A stretch of DNA of 61,338 nucleotides, from contig JAPDJO010000051.1 in NCBI GenBank assembly GCA_029259115.1, positions 1 to 61,338 on the forward strand, read 5' to 3'. The DNA comes from Thermoplasmatota archaeon. GTDB lineage: Archaea; Thermoplasmatota; E2; DHVEG-1; B18-G2. Below, piece by piece: positions 9,212 through 19,670 of the stretch. Made by a program: the position numbers and the translations under genes. Numbering within the stretch: the first letter of the stretch is position 1; every line of letters begins with the position of its first letter. The notes under the pieces are model-generated. The model saw nothing but the letters and a program-made list of their open reading frames with translations. It searched no databases and had not been told where the DNA came from.

Positions 9212-11620
9212 ATGGAGGAAGTGTTCATAAAATGGTTTGATGAGCTTGGGATGAAGGATGTTCCTCTGGTAGGGGGAAAGAATGCCTCTCTTGGAGAGAT
9301 GATTAGAAATCTATCGAGTAAAGGAGTGAACGTTCCAAATGGTTTTGCAATAACCGCCTATGCGTACAAATATACAATAGAGAAAGCTGGAATAGATAAG
9401 AAGATAAGAGAGATTTTGAAAGATTTGGATACTCATGACGTAAAAAATCTTGCAGAGAGAGGAGAAAAGATAAGAAATTTGATTAGAAATACTTCTCTTC
9501 CAAAAGAGCTTGAAGACGAGATAAGAAAATATTACAGAGAACTGGAAAAGATGTATGGAAAGAATGTAGATGTTGCTGTCAGGAGCAGTGCAACAGCCGA
9601 AGATCTTCCGGATGCGAGTTTTGCTGGTCAGCAGGAAACTTTTCTCAACGTTAGGGGAGAAGAGGAGCTTATAGAGAAAGTAAAGGAATGTTTTGCTTCT
9701 CTATTCACAAATAGAGCGATATCATACCGAGAAGACAAGGGGTTTGATCATTTTAGCGTGTATCTCTCTGTTGGTGTGCAGAAGATGGTGAGGTCTGATC
9801 TTGCAAGCTCTGGGGTTATGTTCACTCTAGACACGGAAAGTGGGTTCAAAGATGTTGTATACATAACTGGAGCTTATGGTCTTGGGGAAAATGTTGTTCA
9901 AGGTAAAGTTAATCCCGATCAATTCTATGTTTTCAAACCTACTTTGAAAAAGGGATTTAGGCCTATAATAGAGAAGAAATTGGGAACAAAGGATAAAAAG
10001 TTGATATATGGAGAACAAGGCGGAACCGTGGAAGTTGATGTCGATCCAGAGGACAGGAAGAAATTTGTCCTTAATGATGATGAGATATTAAAGCTTGCCG
10101 AGTGGGCATGCATCATAGAAGAGCATTATGGCAAGCCCATGGATATAGAATGGGCAAAGGATGGAATAACTGGAGAGCTCTTTATAGTCCAAGCGAGACC
10201 TGAGACTGTACATTCTCAGAAGAGTTATGCGACAGTGGAAACCTATATTCTGGAAGAGAAGGGTAAACTTCTTTTGGAGGGAGAGGCGGTTGGCACAAAG
10301 ATAGGTCAGGGAGAGGTCAATGTTATAGAGGATGCAAAGGATATTCACAAGTTCAAGAAGGGGCAGGTTTTGGTAACAGATATGACAGACCCTGATTGGG
10401 AACCTATAATGAAGATTGCATCAGCTATCGTTACAAACAGAGGAGGAAGGACCTGTCATGCAGCAATCGTATCGAGAGAACTTGGGATACCTTGTGTTAT
10501 AGGTACAGGAAATGCAACAGAGGTTCTGAAAAATGGCCAAAAAGTTACCGTGGATTGCTCTGAAGGTATCGGTAGGATATACGACGGATTGCTGAAATTT
10601 AAGGTAGAGAAACTTGATCTCGAGAAGCTTCCGAGAACAAAGACAAAGATCATGATGAATGTTGGTGTTCCTGAAAAGGCATTCTCTCAAGGGATGATAC
10701 CGAATGATGGCGTTGGCTTAGCCAGGGAAGAATTCATAATAAACTCTTACATAGGGATACATCCTCTCGCTCTGATAGAATACGAAAAACTCAAGGAGAA
10801 AGCAAAAGAGGATGAGAAGATAGCAGAGGTTGTCAAGATTATAGAAGAGAGAACTTATGGCTATGAGAATAAAGCAGACTTCTTCGTCGATATGCTCGCC
10901 AGAGGAATAGCAAGGATATCTGCAGCATTCTATCCAAACGATGTGATAGTCAGACTTTCTGATTTCAAGAGTAACGAATATGCGAATCTGATTGGAGGAT
11001 TTTTGTATGAGCCCAAAGAGCACAATCCGATGATAGGTTGGAGAGGCGCATCGAGATACTACGATGAGAAATTCAAGCCAGCGTTTGCTTTGGAGTGTAA
11101 GGCTATAAAGAAGGTCAGGGACGAGATGGGACTTACGAATGTAAAGGTTATGATACCATTCTGTAGAACGCCAGAGGAGGGTAAAAAAGTCATAGAAGTG
11201 ATGAAGGAATTTGGTCTGAAACAAGGAGAGAATGGACTAGAAGTCTATGTTATGTGCGAGATACCATCAAACGTTATCTTAGCAGATAAGTTTGCAGAAA
11301 TCTTCGATGGATTTAGCATAGGATCAAATGATCTAACACAACTAACTTTGGGGCTGGATAGAGACTCTGATCTTGTTGCTCATCTCTTCGATGAAAGGAA
11401 CGAGGCTGTAAAAAGGCTTGTAAAGCAAGTGATAGAAGTAGCTCACTCCCATAAACCAAGGAGAAAGGTCGGGATATGTGGTCAGGCTCCCAGCGATTTT
11501 CCTGAGTTCGCAGAATTTTTAGTCGAGTGTGGCATAGATTCGATGTCCCTGAATCCTGATGTTGTCGTAAAAACGAGGTTGTTGGTTGCAGACGTTGAAA
11601 AGAGACTCGGAATAAGCTAA
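9212..11620 (+). CDS. ppsA: Phosphoenolpyruvate synthase
   Basis: VGGKNASLGEM, AVRSSATAEDLPDASFAGQQET, GGRTCHAAIVSRE phospho-His, FSIGSNDLTQ. Confidence 0.97.
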   Translation: MEEVFIKWFDELGMKDVPLVGGKNASLGEMIRNLSSKGVNVPNGFAITAYAYKYTIEKAGIDKKIREILKDLDTHDVKNLAERGEKIRNLIRNTSLPKELEDEIRKYYRELEKMYGKNVDVAVRSSATAEDLPDASFAGQQETFLNVRGEEELIEKVKECFASLFTNRAISYREDKGFDHFSVYLSVGVQKMVRSDLASSGVMFTLDTESGFKDVVYITGAYGLGENVVQGKVNPDQFYVFKPTLKKGFRPIIEKKLGTKDKKLIYGEQGGTVEVDVDPEDRKKFVLNDDEILKLAEWACIIEEHYGKPMDIEWAKDGITGELFIVQARPETVHSQKSYATVETYILEEKGKLLLEGEAVGTKIGQGEVNVIEDAKDIHKFKKGQVLVTDMTDPDWEPIMKIASAIVTNRGGRTCHAAIVSRELGIPCVIGTGNATEVLKNGQKVTVDCSEGIGRIYDGLLKFKVEKLDLEKLPRTKTKIMMNVGVPEKAFSQGMIPNDGVGLAREEFIINSYIGIHPLALIEYEKLKEKAKEDEKIAEVVKIIEERTYGYENKADFFVDMLARGIARISAAFYPNDVIVRLSDFKSNEYANLIGGFLYEPKEHNPMIGWRGASRYYDEKFKPAFALECKAIKKVRDEMGLTNVKVMIPFCRTPEEGKKVIEVMKEFGLKQGENGLEVYVMCEIPSNVILADKFAEIFDGFSIGSNDLTQLTLGLDRDSDLVAHLFDERNEAVKRLVKQVIEVAHSHKPRRKVGICGQAPSDFPEFAEFLVECGIDSMSLNPDVVVKTRLLVADVEKRLGIS

Positions 11621-12648
11621 ATGCTCCAGTAATCTGAGAGGATTCTCTTCAGCTCCTTTATCCTTTCTATCGTTATCTCCAATTTCGTGTCAGGTATGTC
11701 CTCTTCTCTTACAATTTCCTCTACACCAAGCAAACCGCAAACTATGTTATAGTAGGATTTTACACTGGCATCACTATTGTATCCACCTCCGAATAGCACC
11801 AAAAGTTTGTTACATGTCTTCTCGCTCAGTTTCTTTATCTCTCTTGCAAAGTAGAAATAAATTGGATATGTGAGAAGGATATCCGCAAGCGGATCGCTGT
11901 GATGTGTATCAACTCCAGACTGATATATGATAATATCTGGTTTGAATTGTAGAACTATATCTGGTACAATTTCATCGAAAGCTCTCTTGTAACTTTCGTT
12001 TCCAGATCCTGGAAGAAAAGGGAGATTTATCGTGTAGCCTTTGCCTTCGTTTTCTCCAATCTCTTCAATGAATCCGCTTCCAGGATAGAGAGTTCTTCCG
12101 TCCTGATGGAAAGATATCAAAAGTACATCTGGGTCTTTGTAGTATATGTATTGCGTACCATTTGCATGGTGGACATCTAAATCTATGACTGCGAATTTCT
12201 TCACGCGATATCTATTTCTTAAGTACTCTATAGTTACAGCTATATCATTGAAAAAGCAGAAGCCAGATGATGCATCTCTCGATGCATGGTGAAAGCCGCC
12301 TAAAGGGTTTATAGATATTTTCGAATCTTTAAGTAAAGATTCTCCTCCTTCCTTGCTACCTCCGCATGCCAAAGATGCTATTTCAAATATTCCTCTTGGA
12401 GCTGGTGTGTCTATCGAAAGATATCCGCCTATTCTGCTAAGAAATCTCACCTTTTCTATGTACTCTCTAGTGTGTACTCTTAGAAGATCTTTTTCTTCGC
12501 ATGGTTTCGGTTCTTTAATTTCTAAATATCTGTCTATTTTACGCTTCTTTAAGAAATTCAAGGTTCTTCTCGGTTTGTCTCCTATAAGTGGATGATTCTC
12601 TCCCAGATCGTATTCGTTGTATCTCTCGTGATAGTAGAACTTTATCAT
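11617..12648 (-). CDS. Histone deacetylase family (AcuC/AphA-like) amidohydrolase
   Basis: GGFHHA, SGFCFFND, DLDVHHANGTQ, YPGSG, QSGVDTHxxDPL, GGGY. Confidence 0.92.
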   Translation of the reverse strand: MIKFYYHERYNEYDLGENHPLIGDKPRRTLNFLKKRKIDRYLEIKEPKPCEEKDLLRVHTREYIEKVRFLSRIGGYLSIDTPAPRGIFEIASLACGGSKEGGESLLKDSKISINPLGGFHHASRDASSGFCFFNDIAVTIEYLRNRYRVKKFAVIDLDVHHANGTQYIYYKDPDVLLISFHQDGRTLYPGSGFIEEIGENEGKGYTINLPFLPGSGNESYKRAFDEIVPDIVLQFKPDIIIYQSGVDTHHSDPLADILLTYPIYFYFAREIKKLSEKTCNKLLVLFGGGYNSDASVKSYYNIVCGLLGVEEIVREEDIPDTKLEITIERIKELKRILSDYWSI

Positions 12649-12698
12649 GATCTTAGCAAGATAAAATCTTTTTATTATCTTTTTCTTTCATCTGTTGT

Positions 12699-13238
12699 GT
12701 GGATATGAAGGAATTTCCTTTGATCTATGTTAAGAATGGTAAAATCATTGATGAAGATGGAAGAAAAATTATGGATTGGAAAGAAAAGGCGGATAGATTT
12801 GCAGAGATATATATCATGGATCTCGATGGGATAGAAAGGAACGAGCCGAATCTGGATTTTTATCAATCTATTTACAAGAAGAAGTGGATAGATGCATTTC
12901 CAAGGAAATTCGAAGATGTTATGGATTTGGTGGTTGCTGGAGGGAACAAGATAGTTATCAGAGAGGGGTTTGATGATAGAGATACCGATAGAGTATTTGA
13001 TGAAGTCGATGTCGAGCTGTATCTATCTTTATCCAAAGATTGCTCATTGAAACATTACAATTGGAATGGTTTTGTTTACCTCTTGAACAGGAAGATGAAC
13101 TTCGAAGTGAAGGAGTTCTTATCAGAGTTATCCAACGTCTTCATAATAGCCAGGCGCAAAGAATATATCGATTTTGATTGGGCTGATGAGAACAAAATTG
13201 ATGGTGTTGCTTACCCTTTGTGGGAGATGGAAGCATGA
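12699..13238 (+). CDS. HisA/HisF-related TIM-barrel protein (divergent)
   Basis: PLIYVKNGK, IYIMDLDGIE, WIDAFPR..EDVMDLVVAGG match the HisA N-terminal half-barrel pattern; short at 179 aa. Confidence 0.6.
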   Translation: MDMKEFPLIYVKNGKIIDEDGRKIMDWKEKADRFAEIYIMDLDGIERNEPNLDFYQSIYKKKWIDAFPRKFEDVMDLVVAGGNKIVIREGFDDRDTDRVFDEVDVELYLSLSKDCSLKHYNWNGFVYLLNRKMNFEVKEFLSELSNVFIIARRKEYIDFDWADENKIDGVAYPLWEMEA

Positions 13239-13711
13239 TAGAGGATGCAAAGAGAGTGATAGCATTTGTGTTTGAAAGATTGGGAAAAAGAGGTGTTTCC
13301 CCATCTGATTTTTATCTCACCCTATCAATGGATCTTAGATGGTGCTCTGTAGAGAAAGCAAAGAGATTCTTAAGATATGCGATGGATAAAAAGTTAATAT
13401 CAAATATAGAGGGGAAGCTCTTTCCAAATTTTCCTCTCGAAGATATAGAGATTCCTTTTGGATTCAGACCTAAGATCTTTGATGAGATAGAGGTTGAAGA
13501 AGAGCTCAAGGATAGAATAGTCCACTGGATATCTGAAAATACTGGTAAAGGTATAGATGAGGTGTGGAGAGAGGTTGAAAGTATTTCAGCAGAAAAATCT
13601 CTCAATCTTGAAGTATCAGCTTTATTCTATGCAAACAAACTGGGTTTAGATGTCTCCAGTTATGCGGATGAGGTCAAGAAATTCCTAGAAAGTGAAGGAG
13701 TAAAGGGATAA
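13235..13711 (+). CDS. DUF2240 family protein
   Basis: IAFVF...LSMDLRWCS..KAKRF...PNF...IEIPFGFRP, typical of archaeal DUF2240; ATGA overlap with upstream gene. Confidence 0.8.
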   Translation: MIEDAKRVIAFVFERLGKRGVSPSDFYLTLSMDLRWCSVEKAKRFLRYAMDKKLISNIEGKLFPNFPLEDIEIPFGFRPKIFDEIEVEEELKDRIVHWISENTGKGIDEVWREVESISAEKSLNLEVSALFYANKLGLDVSSYADEVKKFLESEGVKG

Positions 13712-14975
13712 GCAGAATGCCCATACAACTACTTCGCCTTGCTCCGAGGAAGATTGGCAATAAGCCTATGGATGCCCCAACTAATAGAATGACAATTCCT
13801 ATGGTTCCAGAGAAGGCTAGAACGAGAAGAAGAATAAAGATGATGCTGATTTTTATCATGCTCTGATAAGATATTCTTCCCATCCTTTTAGCTATTGTTT
13901 TGCCAAGATAGCATGTTAAAGGGAATGATAGGGATGTAGATATCACGATCGGAATCAGGAGATAAACCAAGCTGTAGGGAGGTAAGATGTTACTCCATCT
14001 ATCTGGTCTTATTAGATTGTTAACAATTACAGCCACTCCGCTTCTTGCTTTCTGTATTATGAAAAGATTTGCTATTGTAGCTATTGCTGCAGATGTGTTC
14101 ACAGAAGATAATGTTATTATTGTTTGTTTCTCATCTGTTCTTCCTCTAAAAACCAGAGCAATTATCGTTCCTATAGCTGTAGTTATTCCCGGTACTATTG
14201 ATACAAAGATGCCAGATAATGTTCCTGTAATTGTAGAGATTATTGAGGACTTCTTTTCCGATTCTGTAAGTTCTGGCTCGATGACAGCTTGAGATTTTAT
14301 CTCTGTTCTGGATATGAATGAGGATATCAGTGTAGAGAATCCAAAGAGACCTGCCAGAGCAGGGAAAAGAGGGGTTGATGGGAAATCTATCAAAGGATTT
14401 AGTGGCAGTTTTAGTACTACCATTCCGTATACTCCTGATAAGATCAAGACAGTAACAGAGATTACCATTGCTTTCTTTGTTTTCTCTGTTAGGACCATTA
14501 TCGCTATCACCGCTATCAAAATCCATGGCATCAGGCTCTTAAGATCCTGATACAGATTTAGAGGATCTGCCAATAGAAATTTGATAGGTACTAGAAGAGA
14601 TAGAGTGAGTACAGCTGATCCAAAGCTTCCGATTGCAGATAGAACTATAGCTTCATATCCTCTGCCTTTGAGCAATAGAGAGTGGGCAGGTAGCAAAGTT
14701 AGAGCAACGTCTTCTTCCGGCGCCCCAAGGAACGTCGCTGGAATTATATTTGAGAAAGTACTTGCTATGTATGCAGAGACAATCGTTGAAGAGATCATCA
14801 ATGGAACGAGTATCGGCTCTATTCCGAGATATTCTGATAGGCTCCAAAACATTGTTTGAATTGAAAGTAGGAGCAGAGAGGTAGTATTTATATGCATTCC
14901 TGGAACGAGAGAGATTATCAATCCTATCAAAAACCCAAGTAGGGAAAAGATAAAGATGTAAAGAATCTCAATCAA
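13674..14975 (-). CDS. Tripartite tricarboxylate transporter TctA-family permease
   Basis: LVPGMHINT, IPATFLGAP, LPAHSLLLKGRGYEA, PALAGLFG, ARSG; highly hydrophobic. Confidence 0.88.
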   Translation of the reverse strand: MIEILYIFIFSLLGFLIGLIISLVPGMHINTTSLLLLSIQTMFWSLSEYLGIEPILVPLMISSTIVSAYIASTFSNIIPATFLGAPEEDVALTLLPAHSLLLKGRGYEAIVLSAIGSFGSAVLTLSLLVPIKFLLADPLNLYQDLKSLMPWILIAVIAIMVLTEKTKKAMVISVTVLILSGVYGMVVLKLPLNPLIDFPSTPLFPALAGLFGFSTLISSFISRTEIKSQAVIEPELTESEKKSSIISTITGTLSGIFVSIVPGITTAIGTIIALVFRGRTDEKQTIITLSSVNTSAAIATIANLFIIQKARSGVAVIVNNLIRPDRWSNILPPYSLVYLLIPIVISTSLSFPLTCYLGKTIAKRMGRISYQSMIKISIIFILLLVLAFSGTIGIVILLVGASIGLLPIFLGARRSSCMGILLIPLLLHFLGIS

Positions 14976-15576
14976 TCCTTTCCACCTCTACAGATAAGAT
15001 GTAATAGGAGAGTTTATTGGGATTGTAGAGAAATTTTCCCTTTAACCAGATCTTATCTCCCTTGGATATGTTTCTATTTCCTATCAAAGGATCTGTTACT
15101 CTTATTCTGTGATCGTTGTCTTCTATCTCCATAAAATCTTCTTCCAGTTTCCTCACATATCCTGATACATTGACATAGCTGTTGAGATATTTCTTGGGAT
15201 TCTTTGCTAGTTGCCAGATCTTTACTTCTACAACTCTACTCTCTAACTTGGAAATTTTATCCGCAACTATCTCAAGTTCCTCTCTGTATCTCTGCACTCT
15301 TCCAACAACCTCGACTCTATCGCCAACAAAAACATCCTTTTCCCCATATGCAAATATCTTCCCCTCTCCACTCTCATCAACTAAAGTCATTATTGTGTTT
15401 CCTCCTGACGTGATATCAATATCTACGATTGTTCCTTCAGCGAGTACAACATCTCCTTCGTGCTTTTCCAAATCTTCAAGATAGGTCTTCTCTGGACTGA
15501 CAAAGCTAGAAAGTATAAACAAAAGAACAAGACCAGAAACAGCAAAAATTGTTGATATTTCTACTCTCCTCATCAT
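14968..15576 (-). CDS. Membrane-anchored tandem OB-fold protein
   Basis: N-terminal TM, then two OB-fold-like repeats (VLAEGTI...[19 protein letters not shown]; VNVSGYV...GDKIWLKG). Confidence 0.7.
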   Translation of the reverse strand: MMRRVEISTIFAVSGLVLLFILSSFVSPEKTYLEDLEKHEGDVVLAEGTIVDIDITSGGNTIMTLVDESGEGKIFAYGEKDVFVGDRVEVVGRVQRYREELEIVADKISKLESRVVEVKIWQLAKNPKKYLNSYVNVSGYVRKLEEDFMEIEDNDHRIRVTDPLIGNRNISKGDKIWLKGKFLYNPNKLSYYILSVEVERID

Positions 15577-15642
15577 CGAAATTTAATGATAGAAAGATTT
15601 ATATCCATATGGCTTTATGGTGTCTCGATTTCGAGGGAGATC

Positions 15643-17856
15643 ATGACAAAGACAAAAGAAGTCTACCTTAAGGTTGCTGAGGCATTCCAGCAAGATGTTG
15701 GTTATGGAAGAGCTAGAATAGATACCCAAACTAGGATAGAGCTGGATCTGGCTATAGGAGATATCGTAGAGATTGAGGGAGAGAAGGTTACCGCTGCTAC
15801 AGTATGGAGGGCACATCCAAGTGATGAAGGGAAGAACATCATTAGGATAGATAATCTGACTAGGAAAAATGCAAAGGTTTCTATAGGGGATTCCGTAAAA
15901 GTTAGGAAAGCCGAGGTCAAAGAGGCTCAAGAAGTTACGATGGCTCCTCTCATCTCTGAGGGGCAAAGAATAGAGTTTGGCATAGGTATAGAAAATCTTG
16001 TCAGAAGAGGTTTATTGAGAAGACCCGTGGTAAAAGGAGATACGGTTATCGTTCCAGGCATCGCTCTCTTTGGTAGTGCTTTACCTTTTGGTATAGTAAA
16101 TACGGTTCCAAAAGGTGTGGTTGTTATAACAGAGGAGACAAAATTGATCGTGAAAGAAGAGGCGCCTTCTCTCAGAGAGCTTGAGGCTCCAAGAGTTAGT
16201 TACGAAGACATAGGAGGATTGAAGGAGGAGCTGAGGAAAGTAAGAGAGATGATAGAACTTCCTCTAAAACACCCAGAACTATTTGATAGATTGGGTATAG
16301 ATCCACCTAAAGGTGTTCTGCTATATGGTCCTCCAGGCACAGGGAAAACACTTATAGCCAAAGCAGTGGCAAATGAGAGTGGTGCTAATTTCTATGCTAT
16401 AAATGGCCCAGAGATAATGAGTAAATTCTATGGTCAGAGTGAGGAAAACCTCAGAAAGGTCTTTGAAGAAGCAGAAAAAAATGCCCCAGCAATAATTTTC
16501 ATTGACGAGATCGATGCCATAGCTCCGAAGAGAAGCGAGGTTCATGGAGAGGTTGAAAGAAGGGTGGTCTCTCAACTTTTAACTCTTCTTGATGGTCTCA
16601 AAGGTAGGGGAAAGGTAATTGTAATAGCCGCAACCAACTTACCAGATGCTATAGATCCCGCTTTGAGGAGGCCTGGGAGATTTGATAGGGAGATAAGGAT
16701 TGGCGTACCTGATAGAAATGGAAGGAAGGAAATTTTACAGATTCATACTCGAAGCATGCCAAAGAGTGAAGATGTTGACCTTGATTATCTCGCAGATGTT
16801 ACTCATGGTTTCGTTGGAGCTGATCTTGCTGCTCTTGCTAGAGAGGCAGCGATGAATGCATTGAGAAGATATCTGCCGGAGATTGATTTGGAGAAGCCTA
16901 TACCAGCAGAAGTACTAGAGAAGATGGTTGTAACGATGGATGACTTCAAAAATGCATTGAAAGGTATAGAGCCTTCAGCTATAAGAGAGTTCTTTGTCGA
17001 GGTTCCAAAGGTAACATGGGATGATGTTGGTGGATTAGAGAATGTAAAACAGGCTTTGATAGAAGCTGTAGAGTGGCCTATAACAAGACCAGATTCCTTC
17101 AAAAGGTTAGGAATAAGACCACCCAGAGGAATTCTTCTATATGGTCCTCCTGGAACTGGGAAGACCTTAATTGCTAAGGCTGTGGCAAACGAGAGCAATG
17201 CTAATTTCCTATCTATAAAAGGTCCTGAGATATTCAGCAAATGGGTTGGGGAAAGTGAGAAAGCTATAAGGGAATTATTCAAGAGAGCAAAACAGGTTGC
17301 ACCTACAGTTGTATTCCTAGATGAACTGGATGCAATAGCTCCGAGGAGAGGATCTTACGAAGGTTCTCATGTTACAGAGAGTGTTGTCAATCAGCTTTTA
17401 ACGAGCATAGATGGTTTGGAGAGTATGGAAGGCGTTGTTGTCATAGGAGCTACGAACAGGCCAGACATAATAGATCCTGGTTTACTGAGACCAGGAAGAT
17501 TTGACAGACTCATACTTGTTCCGGCGCCAGACAAAAAGGCTAGATTAGAAATTTTCAAGATTCATACCAAAAACATGCCCCTAGCTGAAGACGTAGATCT
17601 AGAAGAACTCGCTGAAAGAACAGAAGGATACTCTGGAGCTGACATAGAATCTCTGTGTAGAGAGGCAGCGATGAATGCATTGAGGAAAGATATGGATGTA
17701 AAGAAAGTTACGTTGGAGAACTTTGAAGAGGCTTTCAAGGTTGTAAAGGGATCGATAACCAAAGAGATGATGGACTACTACAAGAGGTTTGAAGAGGAGT
17801 TAGGAAAGAGATTGGCCAAAAAGGATAAAAGGGAATTGGAGATTCAATATCTATAA
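15643..17856 (+). CDS. cdc48: CDC48/VAT (p97) AAA+ ATPase
   Basis: N-domain plus two AAA modules (GPPGTGKT twice; [10 protein letters not shown]; RPGRFD); C-terminal QYL tail. Confidence 0.97.
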   Translation: MTKTKEVYLKVAEAFQQDVGYGRARIDTQTRIELDLAIGDIVEIEGEKVTAATVWRAHPSDEGKNIIRIDNLTRKNAKVSIGDSVKVRKAEVKEAQEVTMAPLISEGQRIEFGIGIENLVRRGLLRRPVVKGDTVIVPGIALFGSALPFGIVNTVPKGVVVITEETKLIVKEEAPSLRELEAPRVSYEDIGGLKEELRKVREMIELPLKHPELFDRLGIDPPKGVLLYGPPGTGKTLIAKAVANESGANFYAINGPEIMSKFYGQSEENLRKVFEEAEKNAPAIIFIDEIDAIAPKRSEVHGEVERRVVSQLLTLLDGLKGRGKVIVIAATNLPDAIDPALRRPGRFDREIRIGVPDRNGRKEILQIHTRSMPKSEDVDLDYLADVTHGFVGADLAALAREAAMNALRRYLPEIDLEKPIPAEVLEKMVVTMDDFKNALKGIEPSAIREFFVEVPKVTWDDVGGLENVKQALIEAVEWPITRPDSFKRLGIRPPRGILLYGPPGTGKTLIAKAVANESNANFLSIKGPEIFSKWVGESEKAIRELFKRAKQVAPTVVFLDELDAIAPRRGSYEGSHVTESVVNQLLTSIDGLESMEGVVVIGATNRPDIIDPGLLRPGRFDRLILVPAPDKKARLEIFKIHTKNMPLAEDVDLEELAERTEGYSGADIESLCREAAMNALRKDMDVKKVTLENFEEAFKVVKGSITKEMMDYYKRFEEELGKRLAKKDKRELEIQYL

Positions 17857-17873
17857 TAAAGAGGTGGATTAAA

Positions 17874-18110
17874 ATGAAGATACCTGAGAGTGAGTTGAGA
17901 GGAAAAACTGTAATGACTGAGGGTGGTTTACTAATAGGGATACTAAGGAACATAACCATGGATCAGAGGACGGGAGAACTGAAGAATCTCTTAGTAGAAC
18001 CTTCTGAGGACATTGACACTAGATTATATCATCTAGATGAAAAAGGACATATAGTTCTAGACTTTGACTCTGTGAAGTCTGTAAAGGATGTTGTTATTGT
18101 TAAAGATTGA
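17874..18110 (+). CDS. PRC-barrel protein, resembling cell-division protein CdpB2
   Basis: LRGKTVMTEGG..IGILRNITMD.RTGEL.NLLVEP...SVKSVKDVVIV single PRC barrel; RBS gaggtgg. Confidence 0.8.
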   Translation: MKIPESELRGKTVMTEGGLLIGILRNITMDQRTGELKNLLVEPSEDIDTRLYHLDEKGHIVLDFDSVKSVKDVVIVKD

Positions 18111-18154
18111 TTTCTGATTTTTATCTTTTAATTTTTAAGAGTTTGAGGGGAGAG

Positions 18155-18175
18155 ACCCCTTTATTTCGTGTGGAA
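18155..18175 (-). promoter_or_regulatory. Origin recognition box (ORB) 1
   Basis: Minus strand TTCCACACGAAATAAAGGGGT, matching the archaeal ORB pattern TTCCA..GAAA...GGGG. Confidence 0.82.
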
Positions 18176-18264
18176 ATTATAATCTTCTATACTCCAGAAA
18201 TTTTTATTTTATTATTTTTATTAATCTATATCTCAAACTTTTAGCTTTTAATCAGTTTTAAGAC

Positions 18265-18285
18265 TTCCACAAGAAACAAAGGGGT
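18265..18285 (+). promoter_or_regulatory. Origin recognition box (ORB) 2
   Basis: Plus strand TTCCACAAGAAACAAAGGGGT. Confidence 0.82.
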
Positions 18286-18409
18286 CCCCGCTTGGAAAAA
18301 TTTAGACAATGATTAATAGAACAGCCACAAAATATTTACACTTCCAATTTATTTAAAAAACCAACATCCGGGGTTTTTGTTTACCTTGGGTGTGAAGGAG
18401 GAGATAAAC

Positions 18410-19600
18410 GTGAGAGGAAAGATATGGATGTGTTTGATAATTTGTTTGCTTTTTGCTGGCAATGTTCTAGCCCTATCAAATAACTCAAATAATATAAGTG
18501 GAAAAGTTGTTGCCAGAATAACATATAGAAGTAATGTACGTTCTATACAGACTCTACAACCAATAGTTGTCATAACACAACCACAAGACGGAGCAGTTGT
18601 TACGGATCCCCATCTTGTGGTTCGTGGATATGCTATGGATGAAGCTGGGATGAATTACTGGGAATGGGAATGGCACTGGAAGGGAGGTTCATATAGCAAT
18701 AGCTCATATTTTCAAATCGCTGAATATGTTGAATTCAGAATAGACATATATGGACTGCATTCTGGATGGAACCTAATCATAGTTAGATTTAAAAACATAT
18801 ATGGCGCCATCGGCGAGGACTCGGTAAATGTTACATATAATCCACCAAACAATCCACCAAATAAACCTTCCAAGCCAGAAGGTCCAAATAAAGGGAAAGT
18901 TAAGGAAACACTATATTTCAATACGGTTACAACAGATCCAGATGGTGATTCGCTGGAATATCTGATTGACTGGGGAGATGGTACCAACACAGGATGGCTT
19001 GGTCCGATTACTTCAGGCACTCCATTTGAAACATTCCATGCGTGGGATGAGCCTGGTACATATGCAGTCAGAGCAAAGGCGAGAGACATTCCATACCTAG
19101 AAGAGAGCGAATGGTCGGACACTCTGATTGTAACCATCGTTAGTGAAGGTAATAATCCTCCTTCAAAACCAGATAGACCGCAAGGCCCAACTAATGGTAT
19201 GATAGGCGTTACATATACCTATTCCTCACGTTCTGTAGATCCTGACGAAGACCAGATATATTATCTATTCGATTGGGGTGATGGTAGCAACTCAGGATGG
19301 ATAGGACCTTTTGAGTCTGGCCAGGTTGCCAGCGCCTCCCACAAGTGGAGCAAGGTAGGATTCTATCAGGTAAAGGTTAAAGCAAAGGACACTGAGGGAA
19401 AAGAAAGCGAGTGGTCGGATCCTCTACCCATAACTATGCCAAAGAGTAAAAATATCAAAGAAAGATACCATGGGGGACAGATATTCCAATTACCAATTTT
19501 AAGCCGCCTCAAACTATTCAAAACACCTACTTTCATGTATTTTAGAACTTTATTCAGCCCTATTATAGGTATGAAAAACTATAAACAAAAACTGATATGA
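18410..19600 (+). CDS. Secreted Ig-like/PKD-domain protein (two tandem PKD-like repeats)
   Basis: RBS gaaggagg before GTG 18410; signal peptide ending VLA; Ig-like PIVVITQPQDG; two NNPPxKP..GP...DPDGD..Y..DWGDG...H.W...G.Y.V..KA.D...SEWS modules. Confidence 0.85.
   Translation: MRGKIWMCLIICLLFAGNVLALSNNSNNISGKVVARITYRSNVRSIQTLQPIVVITQPQDGAVVTDPHLVVRGYAMDEAGMNYWEWEWHWKGGSYSNSSYFQIAEYVEFRIDIYGLHSGWNLIIVRFKNIYGAIGEDSVNVTYNPPNNPPNKPSKPEGPNKGKVKETLYFNTVTTDPDGDSLEYLIDWGDGTNTGWLGPITSGTPFETFHAWDEPGTYAVRAKARDIPYLEESEWSDTLIVTIVSEGNNPPSKPDRPQGPTNGMIGVTYTYSSRSVDPDEDQIYYLFDWGDGSNSGWIGPFESGQVASASHKWSKVGFYQVKVKAKDTEGKESEWSDPLPITMPKSKNIKERYHGGQIFQLPILSRLKLFKTPTFMYFRTLFSPIIGMKNYKQKLI
18848..19435 (+). repeat. 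Intragenic tandem duplication of a PKD-like module (about 303-bp period)
   Basis: Units start at 18848 (NNPPNKPSKPEGP) and 19151 (NNPPSKPDRPQGP); both contain DWGDG and ESEWSD. Confidence 0.85.
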
Positions 19601-19670
19601 AAAAACACTGAATCAACAAAATTAAAAACTAAAAACACATAACGAAAATTCCACGCGGGGAGGATCAATT

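Larger units (their letters stand above)
18155..18285. other. oriC: Probable replication origin (oriC): inverted ORB pair flanking an AT-rich unwinding element
   Basis: Two 21-bp ORB-like elements, 19/21 identical, on opposite strands around an 89-bp spacer (16 G/C of 89); orc1/cdc6 lies 1.4 kb downstream. Confidence 0.85.

Noticed and set aside
18285-19661. Autonomous IS element between oriC and cdc6
   Set aside because: The cargo is a secreted PKD protein, not a transposase, and no target-site duplication is evident; kept only as an inverted-repeat observation.
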